From Octopus sinensis (taxonomy: Eukaryota): a stretch of DNA of 64,000 nt. The notes under the pieces were generated by a model. That model was not told the origin of the DNA and did no database searches. It worked only from the letters and a program-made list of their open reading frames with translations. Both the position numbers and the translations under genes were made by a program. Below are positions 39,891-53,676 of the stretch, one piece after another (position 1 is the first letter of the stretch; every line of letters begins with the position of its first letter). Location of the stretch: contig NC_043004.1 of assembly GCF_006345805.1 (NCBI RefSeq), forward strand, positions 83,700,001 through 83,764,000. Reading direction: 5' to 3'.

Positions 39891-40959
39891 TGCAAAGTAT
39901 ACATCATCCCATTCAGAATTCTTATATTTACGAATCGCCTATTTTTCGGATGACAAGCAAGAAGCTCTTTCTATGTTCAGTAAAGAAAACGCCCGGGTGT
40001 GTGTGTGTCTGTGTGTGCGCGCGCGTCAGTATGTGCGTGTCTGTATGCAGTTGGTGTATGAATGTTGTCGTTTCTCTTGTTTATGTTGTTGCTACTCTAA
40101 CTTTACCACTGTTTTATTTTCTCTACCTTTGTTACTGTTTGGAATAAAATCTTGAGAACAGCATTATTTTTCAAGTTATTTTAGAATTTTATTTAATGAA
40201 ATACTTGTACAATTTTTTGTTTATTGTATGTAATTTAATGCGAGAACAATGATATTTCCCTAACTTGGAGAGAGTGATTCTCTATTGAAGGTTATGTTAA
40301 ATGTCGGATTAATACAAGAAGCCATTCAAAATCTCTGAATCGTCGCATTAACAAGGAGAACCTTAACGCAAACATTTTCTCATTTAATAACAAGCCTATT
40401 CAAAATAAACTATCACCCATACTTTGAAACATATATCTTCGGCTGCGTTTGCTCCCACATAGACAATGTAAAAAACGAAAATGTCTTACTACCGCGCCAA
40501 GAAGCAGCAGAAACAAAACAACAAAGATTTTGAAGGTTTTGATGATAACGAAAATAATGTAGACATTTATATTTTATTATTTGCCACTGTCCTTCTACAG
40601 AAGGCACTAATCATTCAATGTGACAAGGTCTCTCCTTTGGATGTTGGTCACTAATAAATTCATCTGTGTATTATATAAAAATAACTTTGATTTATGTTAG
40701 TAGGAACAGATAGTTCTCAAACTGACTTTTATTTAGCATATACCAGAACCAAATATATTGGAGAAAAAAACAAAACTATCGATTGCAGCTATTATATATT
40801 GCATATTCGGAAAATTTAATTTATCTACACTGCAGGGAAAACGGAACGATAACCATATCGGTACGCAAGTCAGAAGGGAGAGCATCACAGCATTAGTAAA
40901 AATTATCTACGGTCTCTGCCTCGATGTTATATCGTTTCAACAAATTTGTTTTCCTCCAG

Positions 40960-41038
40960 GGACCAATTGCATGACAGATATAATGCAGTTCTGTTATCAA
41001 AGTTAAATTCCGTAATCGATCTGGAGAAGAAAAAAAGT
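40960..41038 (+). CDS. Weak candidate internal exon
   Basis: Strong acceptor TTTGTTTTCCTCCAG|G, open frame DQLHDRYNAVLLSKLNSVIDLEKKK, donor A|GTAATT. No homology recognised. Confidence 0.15.
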
Positions 41039-41258
41039 AATTCACATGTATATCGTTTCGGCAATTTCTTTTTTTTTAAAAAACGAAATCTCCAACTGTG
41101 TTATATTGGGACAATTTGTTGTATAATATTATTATTAATATTTCAATGGTGAACGGAATAAAATACCAATATACTGGTTCTCAGTAGGAGAGGCTGTCTC
41201 CAGAGAATTTATATAATTCATACGAAGTGCATCTATCCATCCATCCATCCAAATATAT

Positions 41259-42100
41259 AAAGGATGCGATGGGTAAATTGTCGCCATATTATATTTTTAA
41301 TTTCGTGCATGAGCATTGTTTGTTTTTGTTTTTGTCGACTATACAGTGTATTAGGGTCAGTTGAGTACCGTCTGTGAGAACAAAACAGCAACCTGACGCA
41401 ATTCACTCTGCCGAAATTTGGAAACAACATGCTGTATGCTTGGAATTCACACCGGATGCACCAACGCAAACATTTCAGAATGTTTGGATGTCAATCTGAG
41501 AACAGGTACCGAGAATGATAAAAATCAAACAACCAGTCAACATCGTGTTGTTTGGAGTGATTCCTTGTGATGGCGACGTTATGCCACCCTTCATCTTCCC
41601 ACACGACCTCAGAGTCAAAACGAAGACTTACATCTCGAAACTGGAGGAAGTAGTGCTGCCCTGGCTCACGACCGTGGCTGTTGGAAGACCCTACGTCTGA
41701 CAATAGGATTCTGCACCATGTCCCACACGCAGGAGAACCCAGGCATGGCAGTCAGACAATTTCTGCGACATCATCACACCTAACAGCTGACCAGCTAACT
41801 CTGCAGACTGCAACACTCTTCATTATTATGTGTGAGCGAAACTCCTTGTTACATCAAATATAAACTGGAGGATTATGGCAGCATTCACCAACTTAAGCAA
41901 GGAAATCATACAGCTGAAGGAGATTCCGATGTTGTCTGGAGGCCGTATTTGAAGCCAATATCGATTTATTGAATAAATTTACTCTTTAGAATTTTAAGAT
42001 ATTTAAAAATAATTTTGGTAAATGTATTTGCTAAAATAAGATGTCAGTGTTATCTTTATTTTTGCGTAATTTAGACGACAGTTTATCACCGCTCTCTGTA
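41259..42100 (+). mobile_element. Internally deleted DD37D/maT mariner
   Basis: KIKQPVNIVLFGVIPCDGDVMPPF..VVLPWL..YV*Q*DSAPC..NSADCNTLH, with 37 residues between the second Asp and the third-Asp position. Degenerate TIRs TA..GGGTAAATTGTCGCC and GACGACAGTTTATCACCGCTCTCTG-TA. Confidence 0.85.
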
Positions 42101-42576
42101 AATATTCGTTTTTCTAACACATCTTGTGTGTACCACAACATTCAGTCACTGCCCACATGGTATACTAATTTAAAATGGAGCGATAGAATGAAAGAAAAAG
42201 CGGGAAAAATGTGAGAAAGTAGATATACAAAATGAAACGTTGAAAAACCGGCAAACGAAAAACAAAACAGAAAGAAGAAATGGGGACGAGAATTAGAGTA
42301 ATTTCTCGTTTTGACCATAAATATAATATTGAAAAGAAGGCAGCTTAGAGTCTGGGGTACACCTGTTCAATCCTGAGAGGATGGCGCTTTACAATTCATC
42401 AGAAGAAACAATCGATGAAATTTTATATCTAAAAATTAGCTGCGTCTTAGATTTCTTAGTTCAGAAACTAACAGTAACATAAAAACATATATTGTCTTTA
42501 TGAAATAATATGTCTCACCACATGGAGTGCTTTGCTTGTTCTGTTTCCCACCACAGAACGGTACACTTCATATATA

Positions 42577-42610
<34 letters not shown>

Positions 42611-42832
42611 TATGTGAAATAGAAAGATGAATAATCTTGTTGCAGATTAATCAAAAGTTTAATCGATACCTTGGTAGCAAAAATCACAGCAGAAGACAGC
42701 ACGGTTGGAGGTACAACCATATGGTGTTGCAACCGTGCGTTGGTGCGGATAATTGAATTTTAATATTATTAGTGAATTTAAGAAATGGAGTTGAACGAAG
42801 ATTGAACAGAAATCGTTTTATTTCATTCTACA
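42611..42832. mobile_element. PLE pLTR-like repeat family P/Q, copy 3
   Basis: Near-identical to 11828-11975 and to the segment at 13085-13125. (AT)n flanks. Confidence 0.7.
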
Positions 42833-42874
42833 TATATATATATATATGTATACAGTGTACTGTTCTGTGATCTA

Positions 42875-43078
42875 TCAGACGCCATGATAGATCGTTAGCC
42901 GCTACACACATTTTTTCTTTCCTTGATCCTCTCCAGTTTTTGGGTGTCCCTTTCTGTAGAAGAGTGTAGGCTCGAAACGTAAAATACTTTTTCTATTCCT
43001 GAGCGTTATACTAATACATCTGTTTTGTTTTGTACAGCACCTGTCTTCGTCTTGTTTTTTTTCGTAAACTCTTACTCT
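42875..43078 (+). mobile_element. Solo PLE pLTR (family H1) with hammerhead-like motif at 42949-42986
   Basis: CCTTT-CTGTAGAA-GAGT-GTAG-GCTC-GAAA-CG-TA-AAATA. Colinear with the reverse complement of 59006-59192. Confidence 0.85.
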
Positions 43079-43084
43079 CTCTCT

Positions 43085-43156
<72 letters not shown>

Positions 43157-43448
43157 AACTATTAGACCTGACACCGTTCATTAATCGGTGTTCATTCAAA
43201 GCAATGAATAGTAACATACGAAATCGTCGGTATGCTTGAATCTCTTTAATAGTCTCACAATAATGATTCTTATTACTTTTATTCCCACCTCAGTTCATCT
43301 AATTGTATATAGCTTACGTTACTTTTCATAAAAAGCCTTTACTTTTTTTTTACTAACAATGTGCATTTTCGTTGATTTTTCTTAATTTCCTCTTACATTA
43401 CTACGTGTAATTTCTATATTCTTTTTGTGACATATTTCCATTATATAT

Positions 43449-43535
<87 letters not shown>

Positions 43536-43647
43536 GAAACGGAGGTGGAAAGAGAGAGAAAAAAGACAGAGAGGGTAGGAGAAAGAACGAGAATTGCGCG
43601 CAAACGCACACGTACATATATATAGATATGTATATATATATATATAT

Positions 43648-43729
<82 letters not shown>

Positions 43730-43731
43730 TG

Positions 43732-44265
43732 TGTGTCTGGGGAGAGTCATTCTCTTTTAGTGCCTTATTATTTAACACACTCACCGGTAAAATTTCCATT
43801 TATTTCTTATTTTTATTTTCCTAAAATTTTCGTTGCATCTAGCAACTTTTTCAGCAAGACGCAACGAAAATTTTAGGAAAATAAAAATAAGAAATAAATG
43901 GAAATTTCACCGGTGAGTGTGTTAAATAATAAGGCACTAAAAGAGAATGACTATCGCCAGATACATTACTATAATCATTTCTTAAATATAGCCACGAGAC
44001 ACGTGTCGTTATTCAACCAAATATATACTTGTTTATTATTATTTTGCAATTTACTTACTCATCGGTATATTTTTGTTATTTTAATTTTAATATTTCTATG
44101 GTATGTAATTTTCTTGGTGGTGTAATTTAATTGTTCCTTTTGAATTGATAAAAGGTGTTTTTTCTAATCTTTTTATATATATATATTATATTTTGTGAAA
44201 TTTGATTTAGTATTTCTAAATTGAATTTTTTCCCTGTAAGTTAGGAATAATATTCCCTTCAATAA
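43732..44265 (+). mobile_element. Solo PLE pLTR with a 5' fold-back palindrome, related to the 20.7-21.0 kb pLTR
   Basis: 92-bp arms 43745-43836 and 43861-43952 with 1 mismatch. The 3' end TTTTTCCCTGTAAGTT matches the minus strand at ~20720-20740. Decayed HHR: CTAAAAGA..ATGACTAT..ATAGCCAC-GAGA-CACGTG-TC. Confidence 0.75.
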
Positions 44266-44299
44266 TTATTATTATTATGTATGTATATGTATATATATA

Positions 44300-44336
<37 letters not shown>

Positions 44337-45366
44337 ATATGTAAGTATATATATATATATATATATGTATATGTAAATATATATATATATACATATATAC
44401 ATATATATATACATATACATATACGTATATATATACATATATATATACATATATATATGTATGTATTTACTTACAAACAAAGGTACACACACAGACACAT
44501 ACGTATGTATGTATATTAAAGTTTACTTTAAATTTCATCTGCAAAAGAAAAAAAAATCAGCCATAATTTAGATTTCAACGTCGAGATTTTAATGTCGTTA
44601 ATAAGCATTTAGGGGTGTGCACAAAGGAACCCAAGCTTTGTGGATACCAACAGCGTTGTCATACCTCTTCGTATAGGAATGAAAAGAACATTTTCTTTTT
44701 TTGTTCTTTTCTTCTTTATTTTTATACTTCCTTTATGCTGTGAGGCAATATATGTTTCACAAGAATATGTAATTTTCTGACAATATATCCACGTTAACTC
44801 GATAAATAATATCATATATATATATATATTGTCTAAAATTCAAAAGATATAATAAAAAAAATTGAATTATTTTCTTGTACCAATATATTAACGTATCCGA
44901 CAATAATAGTAAACTTAAAAACGTATTCCAATTTGCAAATAATTCATTAATTCACACAAACACACACATGCACACATATGCACACACACACGCACAGGTA
45001 TATGCACACACACGCCCAGGTATACGCACACACACGCCCAGGTATACGCACACACACGCACACTCAGAAAATCACACGCGCGCACAGAGGCCCACATACA
45101 GGCACACGTGCAAACATACACACCCACACACAGAAGAGGAGCTAAAACATTAATATCCCAGTCAATGTTCAATATCCCAGTCAATTAACGAACGCATCAC
45201 ATATGCATACATATATACATATACGTTCTCTCTCTCTCTCTCTCTCTATCTCACTCTCTCATACGCATACACTCATATACACAGACAAACACGCACATAT
45301 ATAAATATATATACATATGTACATAGATATGTATGCTTATGTTTATTCATAAGACACCTGTTGAAG

Positions 45367-45406
<40 letters not shown>

Positions 45407-45524
45407 GGTATCTTTTGTAATTAGATATATGTTAAATATGTAAAAATTATGTGTATATATCCATATATATGTACACACACATAAACACATGCGCACGCAG
45501 ATTTTTTTAAATCTGGTACGTAGT

Positions 45525-46060
45525 CAGCAACACCTGCTTACTGACGGACCTTGCAGTCCTATCTCAGCTTAATATTGTCCCAAAAGAAGTACAGAAATTG
45601 TCAAAGTACAATGTCCTCGAAATTGAAGCATTCAAGATGTGTTGCATGAAGGTGAAAATAATACCAGTAATAACTATAGCATTGTGTAATAAAATATCAT
45701 AGAAGCTCTACACACTATCCTCAAAATATCCTTGCTAGGAACAGCGCACATACTACGCAAGAATATCAAGTTAATAATGCAACCTAAACTAAACAACCCA
45801 CAAGCAAAAGACACTCTCTACACAGCAAATATCCAATGAAATAAACTAACATCAGTAGGCCAACTACCCATCATACACACCACACACACTACAAACACTA
45901 ATATAACAAATGTCTGTACTACACTCCATAAATATAAAAAAAAGAAACTGACATAATACAATATCGGGAAGAGTTTGCTCACTTCCAACAACGAAAAACA
46001 AACCCCAATGTTACACACAACCCAGAAACACGGTGGTGTAGCACGTAATGCATTATAAAT
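45525..46060 (+). mobile_element. R4/Dong-like LINE 3' remnant (restriction-like endonuclease)
   Basis: TCLLTDLAVLSQLNIVPKEVQKLSKYNVLEIE..KIIPVITIAL..KISLLGTAHILRK. A (TAA)n tract lies downstream. Confidence 0.82.
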
Positions 46061-46104
46061 TTGCCTGAAACTATCAAATGTTGGACAATGATAATAAATA
46101 TAAG

Positions 46105-46223
46105 ATCGATAAAAATAATAACGGTAATGATAATGTTTTTATTGCTACCATTATTATTATTAGCATTATTATTATGAATTGTAATAAGAATGATGATGAT
46201 GGTGATGATAATAAAAAACAATA

Positions 46224-46287
<64 letters not shown>

Positions 46288-46305
46288 TAATAATAATAAT
46301 AATGA

Positions 46306-46345
<40 letters not shown>
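46105..46345. repeat. Compound (AAT)/(GAT)/(AAG)n microsatellite
   Basis: Direct reading. Confidence 0.92.
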
Positions 46346-46346
<1 letters not shown>

Positions 46347-48152
46347 TAGTTGTAAGCATTTAGCCAGTATGTAGCTTACCTAGACTTTTTAATATGCCAC
46401 GACCCTGCAAAATAGAGGCGGCATTGTATATATAATTTTTATAAATATTAAACTGCACACAAATATTAATTTTTTACAGACATTTAATATGTGTGTGAAA
46501 GCTAGCCAGACTACAATTAAATTCATAAACGCTCTTGAAATAACATGAGATTGGAATAGCAATGTGTTTAATATTTGTAATGTATATACTAAAAAGTAGA
46601 AAGCAAAAACTGTAATATTTAGTCTGAGGGAAATTTCTAAAAGAGTATTGGTGTTAAAAAATAAGAGCTATACTCAGAAATATGGTATATCACTAGTCAA
46701 GGATTTTCTACCTGATATGATCTCTTCTGGGTCAAATACTTCGAACATTGTGCGCAAAGCCGAAGCTCTTCTTTATTATATAGACCCGGTAAAGGAAGAT
46801 TTTACTGATATATGCAAAAGCTAGCCAGCTTTGAATTAAATTAATATAGGCATTTGGAGCAGTATTAGATTTAAATAACGGTGTATATAATATTCATAAT
46901 ATATACATACAAAAATGAAGCGGCACTAGACGTATATTTACATATGTGGTATGGAGCCACTTCAGTATAGTTCATTAATGGTGTGTGTTCTGTTTCTTGT
47001 TCTACTACGATGATATTTATCATGATATAAAGGTCATTTCAAATACCAATATGCCGAAGTTGAAATCGTACCAACGATGAAAATGACAGGCTGGGATTCA
47101 TATCACACGTATTATATATAGTTTCCTTAGGCAAAGCTGTGTTTCTGAAGAAGTCTCAATTTATAAAACTTTGGATAGTTTGTTCAGGTTATGTAACTCT
47201 GAAAATAATTATATGTTCACATTATTGACGCGCCGTTAGCGTCAGCGTGAAAATGCTAAGAAAAGTGTGGTATATGTGAGAATTCTATCGAGTTATGAAA
47301 CCGTATGTAAAAAACATGTATGGCCATGTGGTTAAGTGTGTTGCACTGACAATTAGAATTTCGAAGTTGGGATTCCAAAACGTTGCGGTGAATTATGTTC
47401 TAAACAAAAAACTTCATATTTTCGACATATCAATAGATATGTAACGTTACTATGGACCGGAATATTGACATCTTGGCCACTTATAAGCCATCGAAAATGA
47501 ATAACCTGATGCCTGGGTCAGTGGATTTGAGAAATACATTTCAGGGGGCGCATTTATATACGGCATTGTGTTATACATGGAACAGGGTAATGCATGGAAT
47601 CGTTTGCAAGATGCTCAATGTTATCGGACGGCACTGCACAAAACGTAAAAGATATATAATCAACAACATTCATTTTTAATTCAGAAATATAGTACACAAT
47701 TTTTTATGGCTGTACTTATGAAGTTTAACATAATACGATCAAAGTATCCAGTAATTTGTACAAACAAATATAAAGTTCATAAAATGTTCAGATACTGTAC
47801 AGTCACGCTTTTATGTTATAGGGGTGATGCAACGATCCTCATTTGTACCAGTAGAAGTTACTTATGCTTTCAAATACGAAAAGTTCGAAGATTATGATAC
47901 TGCGCAATATTTGCTTAAACCAGACGACAGAGCTCGTATTGATTTTTCATTGCAAAATATAAGTGAACGCAATTAAATATTCTGACAGTTATGATAACGT
48001 TCGTGCGCGTCTATCTATCTATCTATATGTATATCTATATATATGTACAAGTATATATATATAATATGTATATCTATATATATGTGTGCATGTATCTATA
48101 TATATATATATGTATATGTATATATATATATGTATATGTATATGTATGTACG

Positions 48153-48183
<31 letters not shown>

Positions 48184-48667
48184 ATATATATATATTATAT
48201 ATATATATATATACATATATATAATAGATAAATGATACAACAAGGCACCAATATTACAGGAAATAGCAATCGTAATAAATACGACGCTATTGTATAGGTT
48301 CACTGCATATATACTAGCAAAGACGCGTGTGTGCAACAGACATGAAAAAAATGTCTTACCTCTCGGAAGAACATCTGATAAATGGACAACCTAGAATCGG
48401 ATAATGCAGGACCGGTTTCTGATTCTTCAAATACGTTTGACAACGTAAATTTGATTAGTCTTCATCAGCTGCATTTACCCAGACAAGATTTCAGATGTTG
48501 CCGCATCAATACCAGTATACTCGACTGAACGCCAAAACATTAACAGAACGAGAACAGTGAAGAAGTTTCAATGAAAATAATAATGCAATACGAATGTATT
48601 ACTTTGCAGTAATATATATATATATATATGTATATATGTATTTACGTATGTATACATATACATATAT

Positions 48668-48971
48668 CTGAAACTCCATTCGGTCACGACACAGACCATG
48701 GGATTGCACCTAGAAAGTTACCCTCCTAGGCACAAGTCCGGACAAGATTGTTTATGGCAGACCAGCAGTCGCCCATGCATATCTCCACACCACCAGCAAA
48801 TACAGCTTCACACCTGTGATGTCGCAACTCATTTCTACAGTTCAGTGAACCGGAGCATGGTGAAATAAAGTGTCTTGTTCAAGAACACAACACGCAGCTC
48901 GCTCCGGGATTCGATCTCACAACCACACGATCGTAAGCTCGACGCTCTAACCACTGAGCCATGCGCCTTCA
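48668..48971 (-). mobile_element. tRNA-derived SINE, family D (Meta-domain-like core)
   Basis: A-box TGGCTCAGTGGTT, B-box GATCGAATCC and TGTGTTCTTGAACAAGACACTTTATTTCAC..TGTAGAAATGAG, which resembles the MetaSINE central domain. Confidence 0.82.
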
Positions 48972-49537
48972 GCTATATATATATATATATTGTTGGCATT
49001 CTTTTTGTCTCGGGAGACAATGGAGTTGCACATAAAATAGTCTAGTCCGGCTTTTACATTTCATGTCCTGATACATTTCTTGCTGTGGCTGTGTAGTCCT
49101 ATCCTGGACAAACACTCCCTCTGGCAGGTACCGCAAATGTAGCGAAGACTGTTCCTGGCTGGTTGTAATGCCATAGTATATATATATATATATATTGTTA
49201 ATTCAGATATGTTTTTCCCTCATTTTTATATATATATATACTTGTATCTTGGATATATAATATAACAACAGGGAGAGTAAGTATGTACACGATGCAATAC
49301 TATTAATATTAGTTCAATACTCTGAACAACGGCTCACATTGAACTGCTACGGACCGAACTGTCAATCGCTCACGTTTCTTTAAATTATAACAATGACACA
49401 GCCCATCTGTGAATTTTTGCTGAATTCTAAATTAATGCACCCAGTTTGTTCATATTTGATCTCTGACTTTTGCTATTTTCTGTATATATTTGAATTACAT
49501 ATATTATATATATATATCTATATATAATATATATATA

Positions 49538-49579
<42 letters not shown>

Positions 49580-49588
49580 TATATATAT

Positions 49589-49619
<31 letters not shown>

Positions 49620-49639
49620 CTATTATGATATATATATAA

Positions 49640-50118
49640 TTAAAGTCAAAATGGGGGGACAAATTGGATATTAATTTAATAACATGAATTTAAACATCAG
49701 TGGTCTAGCGCATAAAAGACTGAGATTCAGTAAATATTATTAATACACAAATATGCGAAAGAATCCACTATGTGGACGCTCTTACGCTAGATATAGATCC
49801 GCAAGGGGGAATTTGGCGCGCTAGAACGAGGGCATTTGAACATAACTGTGAATATAATAGGCCGAACTAGTCGTGTCTTTAACCTCACGTTAATATATAG
49901 CGTGCAGTTCGACAATTTATATTTTATGACGTATCTCACTGATGATCTGAGGGTTAATTACGTAAGTAAAATTGCATAATTTATTAACAGAGAAACAATT
50001 GTATGGGGTTGCTCTATATTTTTCTCGAGAACAATTCTTAGTGGTTCAGACCCCTCGTGGATCTATATCTAGCGTAAGAGCGTCCACATAGTGGATTCTC
50101 TCTCATATTTGTGTATTA
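49640..50118 (+). mobile_element. Solo PLE pLTR with inverted terminal duplication
   Basis: 68-bp inverted arms 49741-49808 and 50051-50118 (40-bp perfect core) enclose a canonical hammerhead. (AT)n flanks. Confidence 0.75.
49933..50009 (+). ncRNA. Type-I hammerhead ribozyme with a fully canonical core
   Basis: ATCTCA-CTGATGA-TCTG..(38 nt)..CAGA-GAAA-CAATTG-TA-TGGGGT: stem I 6 bp (2 G-U), palindromic stem III, GUA triplet. Predicted cleavage after 50003. Confidence 0.82.
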
Positions 50119-50119
50119 T

Positions 50120-50182
<63 letters not shown>

Positions 50183-50789
50183 GTATATATATGTGTGTAT
50201 ATGTTTATATGCATATAAACAGTAAGAGAGCGAGAGACAGGGACACACACACAAACGGCTGGAATGAGATGAAAAGATGAAATGTGATAGGGGAAGAGAA
50301 ATAGATGTAACAATATGCACATATACGTACACACACACACACACATATATATATACATACTACATAGACCCACTTATTCTCAAACCTCCCACAAACACAT
50401 ACAAAAACGAACACACACACACGCACAAATATATATACACACATACGCACACACTGGCTAAGTGAAAGTTAGACATCTGAATCGTAAGTATATTCTCCTC
50501 ACAAATAACAAACTGGAAGCATTATATTTTATATATTGAAACGACTTCTTCACGTAATTTATTACAAATATTACGATGGCTACTTCTTCGTTCATTGTAC
50601 AGCTGCTACAGAAAATGTTGTTCATATTATTAACTTTCAAGTGTTTGCTCTTATATACTCCAGTATGTGGTTTTTTTTTCAATGCACATTTACTACGTTA
50701 CATTTCGCATATTTTCTCATACCGAGCAAAAATATATTTCGACCGCCGTATGGTTTTCTTCATTTTTATTCTGATATAAACGCTTTATT

Positions 50790-51009
50790 CCTCTTCTTCT
50801 TCTTGTTCTTGTTCTTGTTCTTCTTGTTCTTCTTCTTCTTCTTCTTCTTCTTCTTCTTCTTCTTCTTCTCCTTCTTCTTCTTCCTTCTTCTTCTCCTTCT
50901 TCTTCTCCTTCTTCTTCTTCTTCTTCTTCTTCTTCTTCTTCTTCTTTTTTTCTCTTCCTTCCTCCTTCCTCTCCTCCTCCTCCTCCGCCTCCTCTTCTTC
51001 TTCTTCTTC

Positions 51010-51055
<46 letters not shown>

Positions 51056-51132
51056 ATTATTATTATTATTATTAATTATTTTATTATATTATTATTATAG
51101 TATTATTATTATTGATGTTTCCGTTATCATTA

Positions 51133-51170
<38 letters not shown>
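50790..51170. repeat. Compound (CTT)/(CCT)/(ATT)n microsatellite
   Basis: Direct reading. Confidence 0.95.
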
Positions 51171-51171
<1 letters not shown>

Positions 51172-52380
51172 GTTGGTGGTGAACATGTTTTGTTGATAAA
51201 AAGCATTGTTGGCTTCTTTTCATACCTTCGCATTCTTCGTGTTCTTTATTTATCCTATTTGTTTATTCGCTTATTGTTTTGGCTTTGATGTCTTGTGTAA
51301 GCCTTTTGGATGTTTGTAAGAATCCGTTTCGTGTTATTTTATATATTTCAGAAAAACGAAGTTGATTTTCTTTCTCTTTCTGTACTTTCTTTTGGCTTCT
51401 TCTTTATCACTACGAACACATAGAGACATAATATCCTTCTGTAGTTTTATTTAAATATTTGTTTTTTATTTTCAAATACGAATCTATAGAGTTTTTTTTT
51501 TTAAATTTGTTTTCTCCTTCACCTTCTTATTTGGTTTTAGTTTTCTTCTTCGTCTTCTTAAACACATGTATAATTTTGCTATTGTTATTATAATTTTTCT
51601 TATTGTTTTAGTTGGAGAGGTTAGTATTGTTGATTTTGTTGCAGTTGTTGTTTCCACTGATGTTAATATTCTTGTTATAGTTGTCATTTTAACGTAACCA
51701 ATATCTTCTTCAATGTATTTTGCCACGGAAGCCCCTCCACATAGTATAAAGTATTGAAGATATATTCTGTGTCCTTCAAAACATTGGAACGCTGTCAAGG
51801 GACATTTAGTGAGTTTCATTTTATCGTTTATTTCGTTTTCACTTGTATTGTTTTTTTTTCTGTCAGTTTTATATTTTATACTTTATATTTTCTTTTCTTC
51901 CAAGAATACGTCTTTATTGAAATACTGTACGTATTGTATTGATTTCAGCGCTGAAATATATGACATCCGATATAAATCAACATCAATTTTTATTTGGAAC
52001 AAGTAGAACTGAATTATTTAGTTGGCAGACAAGAAAATCAAATTTCCATAACAAGATATCAACAAGTAAGTCCATTTGTGTCTTAGTTTAACTCACTTTC
52101 TTCATAAGTTTACTTTTTATTTAAGATCTATTATTTCTCTTTTATTTCTTTATATTTTTTATATATTAAAAACCAGACTATGACACAATATTTTAAAATG
52201 TGAGTTACGATCTGGAAGAAAGTGAAAACGGCATCCAATGTAGGAACTATTTATGTATATGTTTATGGAATATATCTGAATTTAAAGTTAGAGAATACAA
52301 CAAACTATTAGACAAATATATTACTGGTACAAATATTACTGGGTAATAATTTTGCTGTAAGACTATAAATATACGATTGT

Positions 52381-52600
52381 GGAAGGGCGTGGCTTAGTCC
52401 TTAGGGATTTTGGATTCAGGAGCTTCAGACAGCGGTTTCGATTCCTAGACCGGGCGACGCCATGTGTTCTTGAGCAAAACCCTTTGTTACACGTTCGTTC
52501 AGTCCGCTCACCTACTACTAATAATACTACTGCCAAGGACCAACTGCCCTCCAATCGATGTAAATAAAAGTAAAAGTCATGAAAATCGGGAAACCGACAC
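52381..52600 (+). mobile_element. SINE family D (degenerate)
   Basis: GGCGTGGCTTAGT..GGTTTCGATTCCTAGACCGGGCG..TGTGTTCTTGAGCAAAACCC. Confidence 0.72.
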
Positions 52601-52969
52601 AGTGAATGTATAGGTCTAGGAAGGGAAGTTACTGCTATGCATATTAGAATGTAAGGTACTAATTAATTTTGTAGCAAATATATAAAATTATTTCCTGTAA
52701 GCCTAATGGGAACAACTGCAGTATAAAGGTAGAGCTGGCTAATTGGATGTTTTCGTGATTGACAACTCAAGTTTTCGCGCACAAAAGCCTGCGACTAATG
52801 GAACAGTAAATATTTAATGTTAATAAACTTTTGCCAGATGTGCTCCACTTTAACCTCATCTGATCTGACAACAAGTACACTAATTAATTCTGCACTACGC
52901 CATCTGTAGTTGCGAATAAACGCATTTGCGGAGAATGTATGTATATTATATATATATATATATATATAG

Positions 52970-53033
<64 letters not shown>

Positions 53034-53129
53034 GTATATATAAAGTAGTCTCCCGCATCTCTTTTCCCCTCACTTACCACCCCACGACCCTACCTCTCCT
53101 ACGCACCATTCTTCGAGCTTTCCGGCATC

Positions 53130-53676
53130 TCAGTCCGCCCGACCGACCTCTCAGACCCTCTTCCCTAATCCGACCCCTCCCCTTCTTCAAATCAAACGAG
53201 CCCACAACCTACGAGACCTTTAGGTCCACAGTTCCTTCCCTGACCCTACCGCCCAACCTGGCTCGTTCCCTTGCTCCCGCCCACGTTGTCACACTGGCCC
53301 TTACCTCTCCAACACCACCCTCCACACTGGCACCCATCATCGACCATATCGCATCATCAACTCCTTCACCTGCACCTCCAGCAATATCATCTATTGCATC
53401 TCTTGCTGTCGCTGCCATTCCCTGTACATCGGACAAACGGGACGCCGCTTGGCTGACCGGTTCGCGGAACACCTCCGTGATACCCGCCTTGCCAACGACA
53501 CACCGGTCTCAAGCTATTTCCGCTCCACCGGTCACTCCTTGCAACACCTGTCTGTGTTCGGTTTGTCCTAGCACAGAGGCCATCCAGATTCCCGTTTACG
53601 CCGTGAACAGAGATTAATCTTCTCTCTTCGCTCTTTTACGCCATTTGGTCTCAACTCTCCCCCCACCCTCATCTAA
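53130..53676 (+). pseudogene. PLE linker and GIY-YIG endonuclease, two in-frame TAG stops (53221, 53569)
   Basis: Translation as above, ending GLNSPPTLI*. Confidence 0.9.

Noticed and set aside
48360-48420. Minus-strand GTAAG donor with a short open frame
   Set aside because: No partner exons or homology; isolated splice-like signals are common.
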